Shown one piece after another: positions 62,384-64,000 of a DNA stretch of 64,000 nucleotides. Each line of letters starts with the position of its first letter. Within the stretch, counting starts at the first letter, position 1. The stretch is from an uncultured Chlamydiae bacterium. GTDB lineage: Bacteria; Chlamydiota; Chlamydiia; Chlamydiales; SM23-39. The notes beneath the pieces are model-generated. The model was not told the DNA's origin. It was given only the letters and a program-made list of their open reading frames with translations, and did no database searches. Made by a program: the position numbers and the translations under genes. The DNA is taken from the NCBI GenBank assembly GCA_963730605.1, contig CAVSSM010000007.1:128001-192000 (forward strand), read 5' to 3'.

Positions 62384-62548
62384 ACCTGAGTTTTGGGTTC
62401 ATTTGTCTATGAGATTCAAGGATATTTCGAGCATATTTTTGCGCTTTGGAGCCGAGAGCAATATCGGGACGAGCATCTTGCCGAGGCGAAAAGTCAAAAA
62501 GATGCCGAAAGAAATTGAAGCTCAGGCAAATGAACCCAAAACTCAGGT
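62384..62548. mobile_element. 165-bp MITE, family A copy 2
   Basis: Matches 10161-10325; TSD AAATA. Confidence 0.93.
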
Positions 62549-62633
62549 AAATAGTCAATTTGACTGTCCAGAATATCCGGGTGGTCGCTGAACATAGAAG
62601 AGCCACTAGCTTTTCTCAACTTCAAGGAAATTA

Positions 62634-63418
62634 GGCGGTACATAAATAGTTAGGTTAATTTTTAATTGATGCGATAAGATTCTTGGCTTCTGGTGGAAAA
62701 GGGTTAAAGAATATGCTGACGTGCTGTCCTTCATGTGGTTCAAATGTCTTCAAAAAAATGGGATCAATCAACACGGAGACCAGAATCATAAATGCCTGAT
62801 ATGCCATAGGCAGTTCGTTTTTGACCCACAGAACAAAATCATCTCTGATGAGACAAAAGGCCTGGTTCGCAGGTTGCTCTTAGAAAAACTGTCTTTGAGA
62901 GGTATTTGCCGAGCAACTCAAGTCAGTCAGCCTTGGCTATTGAACTTTATTCAGCAGGAATATGCGCAAGTCCCTCAGAATTTGAATGTGAGAGTGCCGC
63001 CTGAATCTACGGGTCTTATTCTGGAGCGTCTCGAGGCAGATGAGCTGTGGTCGTTTGTAGGTAAGAAGAAAAACCAGGTATGGATCTGGCTCGCATTAGA
63101 TGCTACAACTCGTCAAGTTGTAGCAGTACATGCAGGAGGACGATCGGAACAAGATGCGAAAACTTTTTGGACAGAGGTGCCTGAGCCTTACCGTTCAGGA
63201 TGCGATGTTTATACCGATGAGTGGGATGTCTACAGAGGAGCTATTCCTCCAGAAGTTCATTTTGCCGTAAAAAAAAGTCCGGAAAAACAAGTCTCATTGA
63301 AGGAGTTAAGTGCATTCTCCGACAGAGAGTGAGTCGTTTGGTGAGGAAGACGGTGGCCTTTTCCAAGCAATTTGCCAATCACATAGGAGCGATACGGTAC
63401 TTTGTTAGCCATTACAAC
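62634..63418 (+). mobile_element. IS1-family element (right end not recognisable)
   Basis: CPSCGS...KKNG...HKCLICHRQF zinc ribbon; EADELWSFVG, YTDEW and LRQRVSRLVRKT motifs; frameshifts at two A-runs. Confidence 0.88.
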
Positions 63419-63619
63419 ATTGATGAGGACTTTAATGAATGGAGTCCCAACATCATTCGTGTGAACGTGGCCGACCATATGTTTATTATGGTCGATGACT
63501 GGCAGATGACTAATATCGTGTCTATGCAGGATTTCAGCTGCTTTATGTATCGGATCCTCTGGCGTTATTGCCTTTGGCTTTTCATTCATAATCGCTTTCA
63601 CGTCAACCATCTGTGGCAT
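63419..63619 (-). pseudogene. Truncated CBS-domain protein
   Basis: VKAIMNEKPKAITPEDPIHKAAEILHRHDISHLPVID; runs into IS1 sequence. Confidence 0.7.
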
Positions 63620-63673
63620 AAACTCTCCTTGTAATTGGTTTGCAATATCTCTCGTGATTACCACAGATTGCAT

Positions 63674-64000
63674 TTATACCCACTTCCAATTCCGAATTTC
63701 AGGCATGTCTTGGCCATGTTTGTCAATATAGCTCTTATGCTCGATGAGCTTATCTTGCATCAGTTGCTTCAAATAGGCCCCCTTGGCGCCCAAATGCGTC
63801 AGTCGGTCCACTACGTCTTGCACCAGATGAAAGCGGTCTAGCTTATTCTGTACCCGAATGTCAAAGGCGGTCGTGATCGTCCCTTCTTCGATGTAACCCC
63901 GAACATGGAGGTTCCTGTTAAACCTGCGGTAGGTCAACCGGTGAATGAGCGAGGGGTATCCATGAAATCCGAAGATGATGTGCTTATCTTTTGTGAATAG
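63674..64000 (-). CDS. xfp: Phosphoketolase, C-terminal part
   Basis: [15 protein letters not shown]...[14 protein letters not shown]...DRFHL...[12 protein letters not shown]. Confidence 0.93.
   Translation of the reverse strand, partial: LFTKDKHIIFGFHGYPSLIHRLTYRRFNRNLHVRGYIEEGTITTAFDIRVQNKLDRFHLVQDVVDRLTHLGAKGAYLKQLMQDKLIEHKSYIDKHGQDMPEIRNWKWV

Noticed and set aside
62349..62606. ORFs sharing the peptide LSFGFICLSFNFF with the 10150-10545 ORF
   Set aside because: Both are translations of the same MITE, not a protein family.

Overview
Bacterial chromosomal window, most likely from an environmental Chlamydiota genome (inferred from pkn1 kinase-FGE, divergent rnhC/rodZ-like genes, gatCAB and Inc-like orphans). 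About 1-37.8 kb is higher-GC, mostly core genes: tandem NUDIX, RND efflux, gatCAB, recN, rnhC, pkn1 plus phosphatase, ispH, oppBCDF, rimO, rlmI and an adenylate cyclase. About 38-64 kb is a lower-GC accessory region. It holds a sterol-methyltransferase-like gene, a P-type H+-ATPase/OprB porin/exported amidase cluster, a cN-II nucleotidase, a SNF2-SWIM pair and a dense set of IS elements, including a nested IS4>IS630>2xIS630 stack. Eight short (about 140-195 bp) inverted-repeat MITE-like elements are scattered through the window, most with recognisable target-site duplications and several with a shared central motif. A 34-bp direct repeat resembling a recombinase site brackets 7.7 kb. Several single-base frameshifts in homopolymers probably reflect sequencing error. 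No rRNA, tRNA or CRISPR array was seen. Family assignments come from motif recognition, not database searches.
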